From: Phycisphaerae bacterium
Lineage (GTDB): Bacteria; Planctomycetota; Phycisphaerae; UBA1845; Fen-1342
Reading direction: 5' to 3'
NCBI GenBank assembly: GCA_050115495.1
Contig: JASFQK010000005.1
Location: 96,001 to 160,000, forward strand
DNA length: 64,000 bases
Part shown: positions 28,394 to 39,218 of the stretch, piece after piece
Numbering within the stretch: the first letter of the stretch is position 1
How the letters are laid out: each line of letters begins with the position of its first letter
Position numbers and translations under genes: made by a program
Notes under the pieces: model-generated
Seen by the model: the letters and a program-made list of their open reading frames with translations, nothing else
Databases searched by the model: none
What the model was told of the DNA's origin: nothing

Positions 28394-28449
28394 TGATTCT
28401 TCGAGCGCACACTGGCGGGGCCGCGGCGAGTTTGTAACATCCCGGGGGC

Positions 28450-29616
28450 ATGATTCCGTTCGAACCCAAGCGGGTCTTCATCTCGGTGGCTGAGGACTCG
28501 GCGGACGTGCACGGTGCCTCGCTGCTGCGCGCCGCCGCCGACCGGCTACCGCATTGCCGCTTCTACGGCCTGACCGGGCCGCGGATGCGTGACGCGGGCG
28601 CCGAGACGCTGTACGACTTCACCGCGCATGCCGCGATGCTGGCCGGCGTCTTATCGGTCATTCGCCACGCCCGGGAGGCCGTGCGCATCGTGCGGCAGTC
28701 GTGGCAGGAGCAGCCGCCCGATCTGGTCGTCCTCCTCGACTCGCCCGAATTGCACCTGCGTCTGGCGAGCCGAGCCCGCCAGCTCGGCCTGCCGGTGCTC
28801 TACTACATCGCTCCGCAAACGTGGGCGTCGCGGGCCTATCGCAACCGGCGTATCGCCCGCGACGTCGACCGGCTGGCGTGCATCCTGCCGTTCGAAGAGG
28901 AGTACTTCCGCCAGGCCGGCGTGAACGCCGAGTTCGTCGGCCACCCCCTCTTCGAGGCCCTCGCTCGCCAGCAGCCGGACAAAGCCGAGGTTCGACGACT
29001 GCGTTCTGGCGACGGACCGCTGCTGGCCCTGCTGCCCGGCTCCCGGCGACACGTGATCGACGCCATGCTCCCGCGACAGCTCGACGTGATCAGGCAATTG
29101 CGGGCACGCGGTCTGGCCGTGCGGGCCGCGGTGTCCTGCGCCCGGCCGGAACGTGCGGAGCAGATTCAGCGGCACATACAGACCGCCGGCCTGCCGATCG
29201 AGGTGATCGCCGGCGGCAATGCGACGTTGCTGACAGCGGCGGATGCGGCGCTCGTGGCGTCGGGTACGGCGACGTTCGAAGTCGCCCACTACGGCACGCC
29301 GATGGTGGTGATGTACGACGCCGGCGGGCTATTGGCCTGGCCCTATCGCCTGTTCGGCCGCTGGGTGATCACGTCGCCGCACCTGGCGCTGGTGAACGTG
29401 CTGGCCGGTGCTCGTGTCGTACCCGAGTTCATGCCCTTCGTCCCCGACACGCGCCCCATCGCCGACACGACGGCCCGCCTGCTGAGCGATGAGTCCTGGC
29501 GGACGTCGATGCGGCAGCAACTCACTGAGCTGACTGCACCGCTGACGAAATCCGCGGCCAGTGCCCGGGTCTGTGCACTAATTCAGGAATTGCTCGAGAC
29601 CGCTGCTCAGGGATGA
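28450..29616 (+). CDS. lpxB: Lipid-A-disaccharide synthase
   Basis: AEDSADVHGA, LDSPE, YYIAPQTWASR, ILPFEEEYF, FVGHPL, LLPGSR, ASGTATFE. Confidence 0.92.
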   Translation: MIPFEPKRVFISVAEDSADVHGASLLRAAADRLPHCRFYGLTGPRMRDAGAETLYDFTAHAAMLAGVLSVIRHAREAVRIVRQSWQEQPPDLVVLLDSPELHLRLASRARQLGLPVLYYIAPQTWASRAYRNRRIARDVDRLACILPFEEEYFRQAGVNAEFVGHPLFEALARQQPDKAEVRRLRSGDGPLLALLPGSRRHVIDAMLPRQLDVIRQLRARGLAVRAAVSCARPERAEQIQRHIQTAGLPIEVIAGGNATLLTAADAALVASGTATFEVAHYGTPMVVMYDAGGLLAWPYRLFGRWVITSPHLALVNVLAGARVVPEFMPFVPDTRPIADTTARLLSDESWRTSMRQQLTELTAPLTKSAASARVCALIQELLETAAQG

Positions 29617-30083
29617 GACGATGCGCTGGCTGCCTCGTACGTGGCGACCACGTCGTGGAGCTCCTGCGCGCTGCGCGCACCCTCGATCGCCTTGCGGAAC
29701 TCTTCCATGTTCATCAGGCGGCTGATCTTGGCCAGGGCCTGGATGTGCGGGCCCGTCTGATCCGGCGGACTGACCAGCAGCACCACGAACGTCACCGGCC
29801 GCTGATCGAGACTCTGGAACTCCACGGGCTCGGCCGGCTTGCCGGCGGCGATGACGAGCTGTTTGCAGCCGTCGCTCTTACCGTGCGGAATGGCCAGTCC
29901 GTAGCCGATGCCGGTCGTTCGCTCCGCCTCACGCTTCAGGACGGCGTCGAGGGCCAGGTCACGATTGGTCAAACCACCCGTCGCATTCAGCAGGTCGACG
30001 AGCTCGGTGATCACACCGGTCTTGTCGTTGCTCTGAAGGGGAACACGAATGCGCTCGGGTGTCAGAATCTTGCTCAGTTCCAT
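29607..30083 (-). CDS. PTS IIA domain protein (Ntr/Fru type)
   Basis: VLKREAERTTGIGYGLAIPHGK, HIQALAKISRL. Confidence 0.9.
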   Translation of the reverse strand: MELSKILTPERIRVPLQSNDKTGVITELVDLLNATGGLTNRDLALDAVLKREAERTTGIGYGLAIPHGKSDGCKQLVIAAGKPAEPVEFQSLDQRPVTFVVLLVSPPDQTGPHIQALAKISRLMNMEEFRKAIEGARSAQELHDVVATYEAASASSHP

Positions 30084-30313
30084 GGAGTCTCGCCTTGCCC
30101 GCTGCGGTGCCGCCAAGGTCGCAAAACTCTCAGTATATCGCGTCTCTGCCATCAGTGCCAACTCCCATCGGCTGCTCGCTCGCCGTCCGGACCCGCGCCC
30201 GCGCGGCCCGGCCCCATGCCTTTCGCCAGCGCGGGCCAGCCGCTATAATGCCTGTTCAACTTACACGGCTGCCTCTTAGATAATTCAGATTCCAGCGGCC
30301 TTCTGGGAGCGGC

Positions 30314-31471
30314 ATGATGGATTTTGACCTGCCGGAGGATGTTGTTGCCATCCGCGATATGGTCCGGAAATTCGCGGCGGAGGAGATTCGTCCTCACGCC
30401 CGCGAATGGGACCGTGAGCAGTGGGTCCCCGACGAAGTCGTCGCCAAGCTCGGCGAACTCGGCCTTCTCGGCACGTTAACGCCAGAAGAATACGGGGGTG
30501 CCGGCCTCGGCTACCTGGCCAACGCCGTCATTATCGAGGAACTCGCCCGCCAGGACGGCGGCGTGGCCCTGCTCGTCGCCGCCCACAACGGACTGGCACA
30601 GTCGCAGATCAACCTGTGCGCAAATGAGGAGCAGAAGCGCAAATATCTACCCCGCATCGCCAGCGGCCAGGAGCTCTGCGCCTGGGGCCTGACCGAGCCG
30701 GAGTGTGGTTCCGACGCCGCGGCCTTGAAATCACGGGCCGTCCGCGACGGCGACGGCTGGCGGCTTACCGGGCACAAGATGTTCATAACCAACGCCGCCC
30801 GGGCGAAGGTCTTCGTCATCATGGCCCGCACCGATCCGGACCTTGGCCCCAAGGGCATCTCCGCCTTCATCGTCGAGCGCGACGACGAGGGCTTCGCCGT
30901 CGGGTCCAAGGAGGACAAGATGGGCATGCGGTCGAGCGACACCATGGCGCTCGACTACGAGAACGTCTATCTCGGGCCCGACCGGCTGCTCGGTGAGCTC
31001 AACCATGGCTACGCCGACGCCCTGAAGGTGCTCGAGCGCGGCCGCGTGGCCATCGGAGCCCTCTCCGTCGGCCTGGCCCGCGGCAGCATCGAGGAGTCGT
31101 CCGCCTACGCCAACGAGCGCGTGGCCTTCGGCAAGCCGATCGGCCGGCTCCAGGCGATCCAGTTCAAGCTCGCCGACATGGCCACCGAGTTCGAGGCCGC
31201 CCGCCTGCTCATCCACGACGCGGCCTGCACGCTCGACCGCGGCGGCGACGCCAAGCTGAAGGCCTGCCTCGGCAAGCTCTTCGCCAGCGAGATCGCCACC
31301 CGCGCCGGCCTGGAAGCCATCCAGATCCACGGCGGCTACGGCTATACCAAGGACCTCCCTGTCGAGCGCTACATGCGCGACGCCAAGCTCGACGAGATCG
31401 GCGAAGGCAGCAGCGAGGTGCAGCGCATCGTCATCGCCCGCGAACTGCTTCAGGGGGCGACCATCTGCTGA
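30314..31471 (+). CDS. Acyl-CoA dehydrogenase
   Basis: [52 protein letters not shown] at 30244-30249 upstream. Confidence 0.93.
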   Translation: MMDFDLPEDVVAIRDMVRKFAAEEIRPHAREWDREQWVPDEVVAKLGELGLLGTLTPEEYGGAGLGYLANAVIIEELARQDGGVALLVAAHNGLAQSQINLCANEEQKRKYLPRIASGQELCAWGLTEPECGSDAAALKSRAVRDGDGWRLTGHKMFITNAARAKVFVIMARTDPDLGPKGISAFIVERDDEGFAVGSKEDKMGMRSSDTMALDYENVYLGPDRLLGELNHGYADALKVLERGRVAIGALSVGLARGSIEESSAYANERVAFGKPIGRLQAIQFKLADMATEFEAARLLIHDAACTLDRGGDAKLKACLGKLFASEIATRAGLEAIQIHGGYGYTKDLPVERYMRDAKLDEIGEGSSEVQRIVIARELLQGATIC

Positions 31472-31500
31472 ACCGACCTTGAGGTACAAGGGGTCATACT

Positions 31501-32664
31501 GTGGACTTCCGATTCAACGACGATCAGCGGGAGATGCGTGACGCGGTCCGCAGCTTCTGCGAAGGCGCCGTCGCCCCCCATGCGGAGAAGCGCGACCAGG
31601 ATGGCTGCTTCGAGGACGGCTTCATCGAGGAGGTCGCCGAGCTCGGCCTCTTCGGCACGTACATCCCCGAGCAGTACGGCGGCACCGGCCTCGAATACAC
31701 CACCTACCTGATGACCGTCGAGGAGCTGTCGCGGGCCTGCGGCGCGACCGGCATCCTCGTCTCCGCCCACCATTCACTCTGCGTCGACCCGATCCTGGGC
31801 TTCGGCTCCGAGGAGCAGAAGCAGAAATACCTGCCGAAGCTCGCCAGCGGTGAGTGGATCGGCTGCTTCTCGCTCACCGAGCCCGGCAGCGGCAGCGACG
31901 CCGGCGCCGCCAAGTGCATGGCGGTCGAGACCGGCGACGGCTGGGTCATCAACGGCACCAAGAGCTTCGTGACCAACGGCCTGCACGCCCACGTCATCGT
32001 GCTCTTCGCCGTCACCGACGCTGACAATCCCAAGCGCCGCATGTCCGCCTTCGTCCTGGAGAAGGACACCCCCGGCTGCTCGATCGGCAAGGTCGAGAAG
32101 AAGATGGGCATTCGGGCCAGCAGCACGACCGAGCTCGTCTTCGAAGACTGCCACTTGCCGCATGAGGCCCTGCTCGGCGAGCGCGGCCGCGGTCTGAACA
32201 TCGGCCTGGCCACGCTCGACGGCGGCCGCCTCGGCGTCGCCTCGCAGGCCCTGGGCATCTCCGAAGCCGCCCTGGCCTGCGGCGTCAGCTACAGCCAGGA
32301 GCGCGTCCAGTTCGACCGCCCCATCGCCAGCTTCCAGGCCATCCAGTGGAAGCTCGCCGACATGGCGGTCTGGATCGCCGCCGCCCGCGCCCTCACCTAC
32401 CGCGGCGGCTGGCTCAAGCAGAACAGGAAGCCTTACGGCGTCGAGGCGGCCATGGCCAAGCTCTACGCCAGCGAGATGTCCAGCCGCGTGACCAACGCCG
32501 CCCTGCAAGTCTACGGCGGCTACGGCTACTGCGTGGACTACCCCGCCGAGCGGCTCCTGCGTGATGCCAAGATCACGGAGCTGTACGAGGGGACCAGTGA
32601 GATTCAACGGCTCGTGATCGCCCGTCAGATCCTGGCCGAGCCCCAGTGGGTAGCGAGAGGATAG
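31501..32664 (+). CDS. Acyl-CoA (butyryl-CoA-type) dehydrogenase
   Basis: FSLTEPGSGSDAG, KMGIRASSTTEL, LDGGRLGVA, GGYGY, YEGTSEIQR. Confidence 0.93.
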   Translation: MDFRFNDDQREMRDAVRSFCEGAVAPHAEKRDQDGCFEDGFIEEVAELGLFGTYIPEQYGGTGLEYTTYLMTVEELSRACGATGILVSAHHSLCVDPILGFGSEEQKQKYLPKLASGEWIGCFSLTEPGSGSDAGAAKCMAVETGDGWVINGTKSFVTNGLHAHVIVLFAVTDADNPKRRMSAFVLEKDTPGCSIGKVEKKMGIRASSTTELVFEDCHLPHEALLGERGRGLNIGLATLDGGRLGVASQALGISEAALACGVSYSQERVQFDRPIASFQAIQWKLADMAVWIAAARALTYRGGWLKQNRKPYGVEAAMAKLYASEMSSRVTNAALQVYGGYGYCVDYPAERLLRDAKITELYEGTSEIQRLVIARQILAEPQWVARG

Positions 32665-32669
32665 GACTC

Positions 32670-33848
32670 ATGCCAAACGATTGTGCATACATTGTCGATG
32701 GGAAGCGCAGCCCGGTGGGTCGCTTCCTGGGCACCATCTCCGGCCTCTCCGCCATGGAGATCGGCACGCAGGTCGCCAAGGCCCTGCTGACCGTCACCCA
32801 GGCGGATCCGCAGGCGTTCGACGAGGTCTACGTCGGCCAGGTGCTCCAGGCCGGCTGCGGTCAGAACCCGGCCCGGCAGGTCGCCCTCGGCGCCGGCATC
32901 CACGACGCCATCTCCTCCTGTACCGTCAACAAGGTCTGCGGCAGCGGCCTCCAGGCCGTCATGTTCGCCGACCAGGTGATCCGCGCCGGCGACGCCGACC
33001 TGATCCTCGCCGGCGGCATCGAGTCCATGAGCCAGGCTCCCTTCCTCACGCGGACCATGCGCTCGGGCAACAAGTTCGGTCACGGCGAGATGGTCGACGA
33101 GATGCTCTACGACGGCCTGACCAACGTCTACAGCAAGGAGCTGATGGGCGAGCTCGCCGAGTACACCGCCGAGAAGGCCGGCATCACCCGTCAGGCCCAG
33201 GACGAATGGTCGCTGCGCAGCCAGCAGCTTGCGGCGAAGGCCTGGGACGCCGGCCTGTTCAACGACGAAGTCGTCGCCCTGACGCTGCCCCGCAACAAGG
33301 GCACCTTCGAGAAGGACGAGACCTTCCGCGCCGACACTACGCTGCAGAGCCTCGCGGGGCTGAAGCCGGCGTTCAAGAAGGACGGCACCGTCACCGCCGG
33401 CAATGCCTCGCAGCTTTCCGACGGTTCCGGCATGCTGCTGGTCGCCAGCGAGAAGGGTCTGAAGAAATGCAGCGCCAAGCCCGTGGCCCGCATCGTGGCT
33501 ACGGCCACCGCCGGCGCCGCCCCGCGCGAGCTCTTCTTCACGCCGCCCGTCGCCGTCCGGATGGTCTGCGACAAAGCCGGCTGGAAGCTCGACGACGTCG
33601 ATGTCTTCGAGCTGAACGAGGCGTTCGCCTCGCAGACACTCGCCGGCCTGAAGGCCCTCGAAATCGATACTGACAAGGTAAACGTCCACGGCGGGGCCAT
33701 TGCTCTGGGTCACCCCATCGGCGCCAGCGGGGCCCGCGTCCTGGTGACGTTGCTGCACGTGATGAAGGCCCGCCGGGTCAAGCGTGGCGTGACCGCCGTC
33801 TGCCTGGGCGGTGGCAACGCGGTGGGTATGGCCGTCGAGGCGCTCTAG
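32670..33848 (+). CDS. Acetyl-CoA C-acyltransferase (thiolase)
   Basis: VNKVCGSG, ELNEAFA, GGAIALGHPIGASG, VCLGGG. Confidence 0.95.
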   Translation: MPNDCAYIVDGKRSPVGRFLGTISGLSAMEIGTQVAKALLTVTQADPQAFDEVYVGQVLQAGCGQNPARQVALGAGIHDAISSCTVNKVCGSGLQAVMFADQVIRAGDADLILAGGIESMSQAPFLTRTMRSGNKFGHGEMVDEMLYDGLTNVYSKELMGELAEYTAEKAGITRQAQDEWSLRSQQLAAKAWDAGLFNDEVVALTLPRNKGTFEKDETFRADTTLQSLAGLKPAFKKDGTVTAGNASQLSDGSGMLLVASEKGLKKCSAKPVARIVATATAGAAPRELFFTPPVAVRMVCDKAGWKLDDVDVFELNEAFASQTLAGLKALEIDTDKVNVHGGAIALGHPIGASGARVLVTLLHVMKARRVKRGVTAVCLGGGNAVGMAVEAL

Positions 33849-33887
33849 CGGTCGGGCAACCTGGTAACGGGAACTGGAGGATACAGC

Positions 33888-34748
33888 GTGAACATCCGAA
33901 CCAACATCAAGACCGTCGCCGTCATCGGCACCGGCACCATGGGCAGCGGGATCGCCCAGGTCTTCGCACAGTCCGGCCGCAAGGTGCTGATGCACGACGC
34001 CCGTCCGGGCGCCGTCGACCATGCGATCGTCACCATCGAGAAATCGCTGGACAAGCTGGTCAGCAAGGACAAGCTCACGGCCGACGTCGCCGCGACGGCC
34101 AAGAGCAACCTGTCCAGCGCGGCCCTGACCGACATGAAGAACGTCGACCTGGTCGTCGAGGCCATCTTCGAGGACCCCGCGGTCAAGCGCGAGCTCTACA
34201 CCGCGCTGCAGAACACCGTCGCCCCCGACGTCATCTTCGCCAGCAACACCAGCAGCATCTCGGTCAGCGAGCTCGGCGCCACCAGCGGCCGCCCGCAGCA
34301 GTTCATCGGCATGCACTTCTTCAACCCGGTGCCGATCATGAAGCTGGTCGAGGTGGTCATCGGCTTGCAGACCGCCGAGCCGGTCGTGCAGGCGACCGTC
34401 GCCCTGGCCAAGGAACTCGGCAAGATCCCACACTGCGTCAAGGATCACCCCGGCTTCGTCAGCAACCGCATCCTCATGCCCATGATCAACGAGGCGGTCG
34501 CCTGCTTCGCCGACGGCGTCGCCGACGCCAGCACGATCGACGAAGTGATGAAGCTCGGCATGGCCCATCCGATGGGCCCGCTCGCCCTGGCCGACCTGAT
34601 CGGCCTCGACGTGTGCCTGAACATCATGGAAGTCCTGCACCGCGACCTGGGGGAAGACCGCTACCGCCCGACGCCGCTGCTGCGGACCATGGTCCGGGCC
34701 GGCCTGCTGGGGCGCAAGAGCGGCAAGGGGTTCTACAGCTATGAGTAA
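33888..34748 (+). CDS. 3-hydroxybutyryl-CoA dehydrogenase
   Basis: [50 protein letters not shown]. Confidence 0.93.
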   Translation: MNIRTNIKTVAVIGTGTMGSGIAQVFAQSGRKVLMHDARPGAVDHAIVTIEKSLDKLVSKDKLTADVAATAKSNLSSAALTDMKNVDLVVEAIFEDPAVKRELYTALQNTVAPDVIFASNTSSISVSELGATSGRPQQFIGMHFFNPVPIMKLVEVVIGLQTAEPVVQATVALAKELGKIPHCVKDHPGFVSNRILMPMINEAVACFADGVADASTIDEVMKLGMAHPMGPLALADLIGLDVCLNIMEVLHRDLGEDRYRPTPLLRTMVRAGLLGRKSGKGFYSYE

Positions 34749-35514
34749 CGAAAAATCCACCACCACCGTCGAACTCAGCAAGGAAGGCGCGGTCGCCACG
34801 ATCAAGTTCACGCCCGAGAGCGGCGTGAACATCTTCTCCTCCCGCGTCATCGGTAACCTCGGCCAGCTCATCGAGCGCGTCGCCCAGGACGCGCAGACCC
34901 GCTTCGTCGTCTTCCGCGGCGACGGTCGCGTCTTCCTGGCCGGAGCCGACATCGCCGAGATGGCCCGCTTCACCGAGGACCAGGGCCGGGCTTTCGCCAC
35001 CAACGGCCACAACGTCTTCAACGCCATCTCCGCCCTGCCGCAGGTCACTTTCGCCGCCATCAACGGGCACGCCCTCGGCGGCGGCTGCGAACTCTCACTG
35101 GCCTGCGACTTCCGCATCATGGTCGGCGGCGCCCGCATCGGCCTGCCCGAGACGACGCTCGGCCTCATCCCCGGCTGGGGCGGCACGCAGCGTCTGCCGA
35201 AGGTCATCAGCGATCCGCACGCCCGCCGCATGATCTTCTCCGGCCAACCTATCACCGCCGAAGAGGCGTTGAAGATCGGCCTGGTCGACGAGGTCGTGCC
35301 ATCGGCGGACGAGCTCAACCCGGCCCTGGAGCGCTGGTTCAAGCTGATGGACACGCCTTCGCCGCACGCCATCACCCGCGCCAAGCGGGCCCTGCTGCAG
35401 AAGGACGAGATCGAGGAATTCGGCAAGTGCTTCGTCTGCTCGGACGCCAAGGAGGGCATCACCGCCTTCCTCGAAAAGCGCCCGGCCCCCTGGGTTACGC
35501 AAGACAAGAAATAG
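34741..35514 (+). CDS. Enoyl-CoA hydratase/isomerase
   Basis: [39 protein letters not shown]. Confidence 0.93.
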   Translation: MSNEKSTTTVELSKEGAVATIKFTPESGVNIFSSRVIGNLGQLIERVAQDAQTRFVVFRGDGRVFLAGADIAEMARFTEDQGRAFATNGHNVFNAISALPQVTFAAINGHALGGGCELSLACDFRIMVGGARIGLPETTLGLIPGWGGTQRLPKVISDPHARRMIFSGQPITAEEALKIGLVDEVVPSADELNPALERWFKLMDTPSPHAITRAKRALLQKDEIEEFGKCFVCSDAKEGITAFLEKRPAPWVTQDKK

Positions 35515-35551
35515 CGGCCACTGCCTGGCCGTTAGCGAAGAGGTGGGTGAG

Positions 35552-35588
35552 CCCGCGCCATCACTGCGGTGGTGCGGGTGTTTCTTCT
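35552..35588 (+). terminator. Intrinsic terminator after the beta-oxidation operon
   Basis: CCCGCGCCATC-actgc-GGTGGTGCGGG followed by TGTTTCTTCT. Confidence 0.55.
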
Positions 35589-35795
35589 GACTCCTCCACG
35601 GACCGCCGCAGGCGAATCCACATGGGGCGCCCGGAGCCGCTCCAGCCGGCCGCCGATCGGCCTTTGCAGAATGGAGGACGTACTGATAGTCTGATGTGCT
35701 CCGGTTGATGGTCGGGGGGCCAGTGTTGCTTAGGCTAGGCGCATGTGCCGCCGGCGGCGTTGGGGTTACCTGGAACAGATTGCGAGGGTTCGCCC

Positions 35796-36626
35796 ATGCA
35801 TACTCAGTATGAGATCGGCGTTATCGGTGCGGGCAACGCCGCCGAGGGCATTGTGCACGGCGTGTTGCGCAACAGTGTGTTGCTGGACGATCGGATGATC
35901 GCCGCCGATCCAGACCCCGAGCGCCGCAGGGTCTTCGAGAATCGCTTCCATATCGCGACCACCGCCGACAGCCGTCGCGTCGTCGCCGAGAGCTACATTC
36001 TGCTGCTGGCGGTCAAGCCGCAGATCTGGCGTTCTGTCGTCGCCGGCTTCGCCGACCTGATTCGTGAAGACCACGTGATCATCTCGATCATGGCGGGCGT
36101 TCACACGCAGGCCCTGGAGGAAGAGCTCCCGGGAACGCGGGCCCGCGTGGTGCGCGTCATGCCGAATCTGGCGTCGCACGTCGGCGCCGGGATGGCCGGC
36201 ATACACCCGGGTCGCTACGCCAGCGAGGCTGACCTGCTCCGAGCGCAGCGGATATTCGAAGCCGGCGGCAAGAGCGTTCACATCCAGGACGAGACCCTCA
36301 TGGACGCCGTCACGGCCGTTTCCGGCTCGGGTCCGGCGTACTACTACTTCTTCAGCGAGGCGCTGGTGGCAGCCGCCGAGCGCGTCGGTCTCTCGCGGCA
36401 GTACGCCACGTTGCTGGTGCAGCAGACCTGCCTCGGCGCGGCGCGCATGATGATCGAATCGGGCGAGTCGCCGGAGGTGCTGCGCGAAAAGGTCACGTCC
36501 CCCGGCGGTACTACGGCGGCGGCGATCGAGTCGCTACGGGCCAGCGGCGTGTTCGAGAGCATCGCCGCCGGCGTCGTCGCTGCGTGTGAGCGCGGTCGCG
36601 AATTGGGGCAGACGAATTCGTCCTGA
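35796..36626 (+). CDS. proC: Pyrroline-5-carboxylate reductase
   Basis: IGAGN, LAVKPQ, RVMPN, TAVSGSGPAY, VTSPGGTT. Confidence 0.93.
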   Translation: MHTQYEIGVIGAGNAAEGIVHGVLRNSVLLDDRMIAADPDPERRRVFENRFHIATTADSRRVVAESYILLLAVKPQIWRSVVAGFADLIREDHVIISIMAGVHTQALEEELPGTRARVVRVMPNLASHVGAGMAGIHPGRYASEADLLRAQRIFEAGGKSVHIQDETLMDAVTAVSGSGPAYYYFFSEALVAAAERVGLSRQYATLLVQQTCLGAARMMIESGESPEVLREKVTSPGGTTAAAIESLRASGVFESIAAGVVAACERGRELGQTNSS

Positions 36627-36709
36627 TGGACCGCCGAGCGCGGCATGAGAAACACCACCCGACCGGCTTTCCAGCACTGACCCCGGACGTCTACGCCCGG
36701 TTGCAGGCC

Positions 36710-36797
36710 GTAGGGCGGGTTTCACGCGCCGTTCGCTCCGCGGCGAGAAGGACGCTTGATCGAGGCACGCCGACGCGTCGCGCTGAACCCGCCCTAC
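36710..36797. repeat. Inverted REP doublet (GTAG-type)
   Basis: GTAGGGCGGGTT at 36710-36721 and its reverse complement AACCCGCCCTAC at 36786-36797, between convergent genes. Confidence 0.7.
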
Positions 36798-36799
36798 CC

Positions 36800-37591
36800 T
36801 TATGCCCCGCTGCACTGCAACACAACCAGAAACCGCCCGACGGCCTCCGCCGCCGGCGTCTCGAACAGGTACGGGTCCCGCAGCAGGTACAACCCCCGCG
36901 GCGACAGCTCGCCGCCCGCTGCCGCCAGCGCCAGCAACTCCTCCGCATCATACGTCCGCAGCGTGAACGCCTCCCGCCACGTCCCCGCCGGCTCCCCCTG
37001 CTGCACCTCGAATACCCACTCGATCCGGCTGCACCGTTCCGCCGGCGTCGGCCCGGCCAGCACCGTCCACGTCACGCGCACCGACGTCTCGTCGCGCGAC
37101 AGCGTCCAGGACACCGGCCGGCCGACCTTCTCCGCCTCGGCGTCGAAGCCGACTTCGAGGTCGGCGACGAACAGCCCGCCGGGCGTGAGATGCTCGGCGA
37201 TGCCCCGCCACAGCCCTTCGATCGCCGTCGGCGCGGTCACGCAGCGCAGCGTGTTCGCCGAGGTGTAAACGAGGTCGAACCGCCGCCCGAGTGCTAGCGC
37301 GCTCATGTTTCCGACAGCGAGTGTCGCTGACGTTCGTTGTCGGGCATATGCAACCATCTCCGCGCTCAGGTCGATGCCCGCCAAATCCGACATGTGGGCT
37401 TCCAAACCACGCAGCAGCCGACCGGTCCCGCAGCCCAGTTCCAACGCACTCGCCGGCGACCGCCCGCACGTCCGGCAGGCGAACAGCAATCGCTGCACCT
37501 CGGGCGTTGTGTCCCACCCGAACGCGATGTCGTACACCAGCGGCGGAATGCCCGCGGGCGACGACGGTCCCGAGCCAGCTTCCGCGTTCAT
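36800..37591 (-). CDS. Class I SAM-dependent methyltransferase
   Basis: ALELGCGTGR, GIDLSAEM, FDLV, HLTPGGLFV. ATGA overlap with the upstream gene. Confidence 0.88.
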   Translation of the reverse strand: MNAEAGSGPSSPAGIPPLVYDIAFGWDTTPEVQRLLFACRTCGRSPASALELGCGTGRLLRGLEAHMSDLAGIDLSAEMVAYARQRTSATLAVGNMSALALGRRFDLVYTSANTLRCVTAPTAIEGLWRGIAEHLTPGGLFVADLEVGFDAEAEKVGRPVSWTLSRDETSVRVTWTVLAGPTPAERCSRIEWVFEVQQGEPAGTWREAFTLRTYDAEELLALAAAGGELSPRGLYLLRDPYLFETPAAEAVGRFLVVLQCSGA

Positions 37592-39018
37592 GACGCCTCC
37601 AGCGCGGCCAGCGGTGCGGGCCGACCAATCCGCCACGCCCACGCCGTCGCCGCCATTAACACGCCAATCGCCGCCAGATGAATGCCATACCAGCGCACCA
37701 GGTGCCAGCCGAGGCAGATGTCGCCGATAACCCAGGCGACGACGGCCGCCACCGCCAGCCGCATGCCCCACGTCCAGCACTGCGGCTCGCGCCCGCGCGC
37801 TCGCACCAGCGCCGCCCACACCACCACGACGCCCGGCAGCGCCCACGCCAGGTAATAGTGCCGCGCCATCGGCGACGGCCAGAACGTCGCCAACAGCCAC
37901 ATCGCCGCCACCGGCGCCCAGTTCTCGGCCCGCCCCCGCGTTAGCCCCGTCGCCACGGCCAGCGTGACCAGTCCGCACAGCAGTATGCCAAGCCAAATCC
38001 CGTACACCACCTCCGCCGGCAGATCCGCCACGTGGAATCGCGGTACCCAGCGGATGTCGTACAGCAGCCGCGCCCAGCCCCCTTCCCGTGGCGGCATCGG
38101 ATCCACGGTCAGCACCTGCCGCGGCGTCAGCTCGGCCCGGGCCAGGGCGATCTCCTCCGCCGGCACGTCACCGTAGAGAATGACCTGCTCGTCCGCGTCG
38201 GGCACGCTGCGCAGCCACCGCGTCAGCACCGCCGACAGCGACGAGTTGTGCCCATGTCGATGCGCCCGCAGCAGCGGCTGCTCGATCAGGTGGCGGTTGC
38301 TGTGCCACTCGGATCGGCGGAGCCACGCCCGATGCTCGTCGATCGCCCCGCCCACGCCGAACATCGCTACGCTCGGCGCCGCATCGAACAGCACGAACGC
38401 GAGCACCATCCCCGCCAGCGCCCGCCACCGCCGGCGCAGCAGCAGATATCCGGCCAGCAATGCCGGCATCGTCTTGATGAGTGCCGCCAATCCGAGCAAC
38501 AGGCCGCCAGTCAGCCCGCGACGCCGCTCAACCAGCGCCAGTCCCACCACGCACAGCACCAGTGTCCACAGCGTGAGCTGGTTCGCCTGGATCGCGTGGG
38601 CGATGTTCGGGCTCGCCACCAGCACCGGCCAGACGATCGCCCCCGCCGGCAGCTCCGGGACCCACCACCGCCGCAGCATGTAGATCGCCCCCAGCGCCGC
38701 CAGCACATTGCTCAAAACGTACAGACTCGCCCCCACCGGCAACGGCAGCCACGTCATAAACGGCAGCAGACAAAACGTCGTCGTCGGCAGGTAACCGAAC
38801 ATCGCCGTCCCGGGCGCCGTGCCGCCGTGCTCCCAGGTATAGCGTACCTCGTCGCGCAGCGGCTGCCAGTCGGGCCGGTTGTTCAGTGCCCGGTACATGC
38901 CGGTCAGCACGCCGATCACGAGTGCCAGGGCCACGACCGCGCCGGCCACGCGTCGGGCGGCGCGACCCCGTCGCAGCGTGACGCCGGTCAGATCCGGGCT
39001 GTCGGACATGGAGGCCAT
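37588..39018 (-). CDS. Glycosyltransferase family 87 (GT-C) membrane protein
   Basis: PDW, FGYLPTT, ANQLT, GLAALIKTMPAL..LLRRRWR, NSSLSA, SPMARHYY, many TMs. Confidence 0.78.
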   Translation of the reverse strand: MASMSDSPDLTGVTLRRGRAARRVAGAVVALALVIGVLTGMYRALNNRPDWQPLRDEVRYTWEHGGTAPGTAMFGYLPTTTFCLLPFMTWLPLPVGASLYVLSNVLAALGAIYMLRRWWVPELPAGAIVWPVLVASPNIAHAIQANQLTLWTLVLCVVGLALVERRRGLTGGLLLGLAALIKTMPALLAGYLLLRRRWRALAGMVLAFVLFDAAPSVAMFGVGGAIDEHRAWLRRSEWHSNRHLIEQPLLRAHRHGHNSSLSAVLTRWLRSVPDADEQVILYGDVPAEEIALARAELTPRQVLTVDPMPPREGGWARLLYDIRWVPRFHVADLPAEVVYGIWLGILLCGLVTLAVATGLTRGRAENWAPVAAMWLLATFWPSPMARHYYLAWALPGVVVVWAALVRARGREPQCWTWGMRLAVAAVVAWVIGDICLGWHLVRWYGIHLAAIGVLMAATAWAWRIGRPAPLAALEAS

Positions 39019-39218
39019 TGACGTGACGCACTCCCCGGCCCGCAGGCCGCGACGGGGATTGTAGGAAACCGTAGGCGGCGATGGTACCCGTTCGCACACT
39101 GCGGGCTTACGATTAGCGGATTAGGCTCTGCCCGCCGCCCTGCCCGGCTTGCCGCCGGGAGCATGGGCCGTGGCGAGCAAGACTCGACAGGCCCAACCTG
39201 CTGACAAGGAGATGACGG

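Noticed and set aside
32625..35507. 960-aa minus-strand ORF
   Set aside because: Antisense shadow of thiolase, dehydrogenase and hydratase in high-GC DNA.
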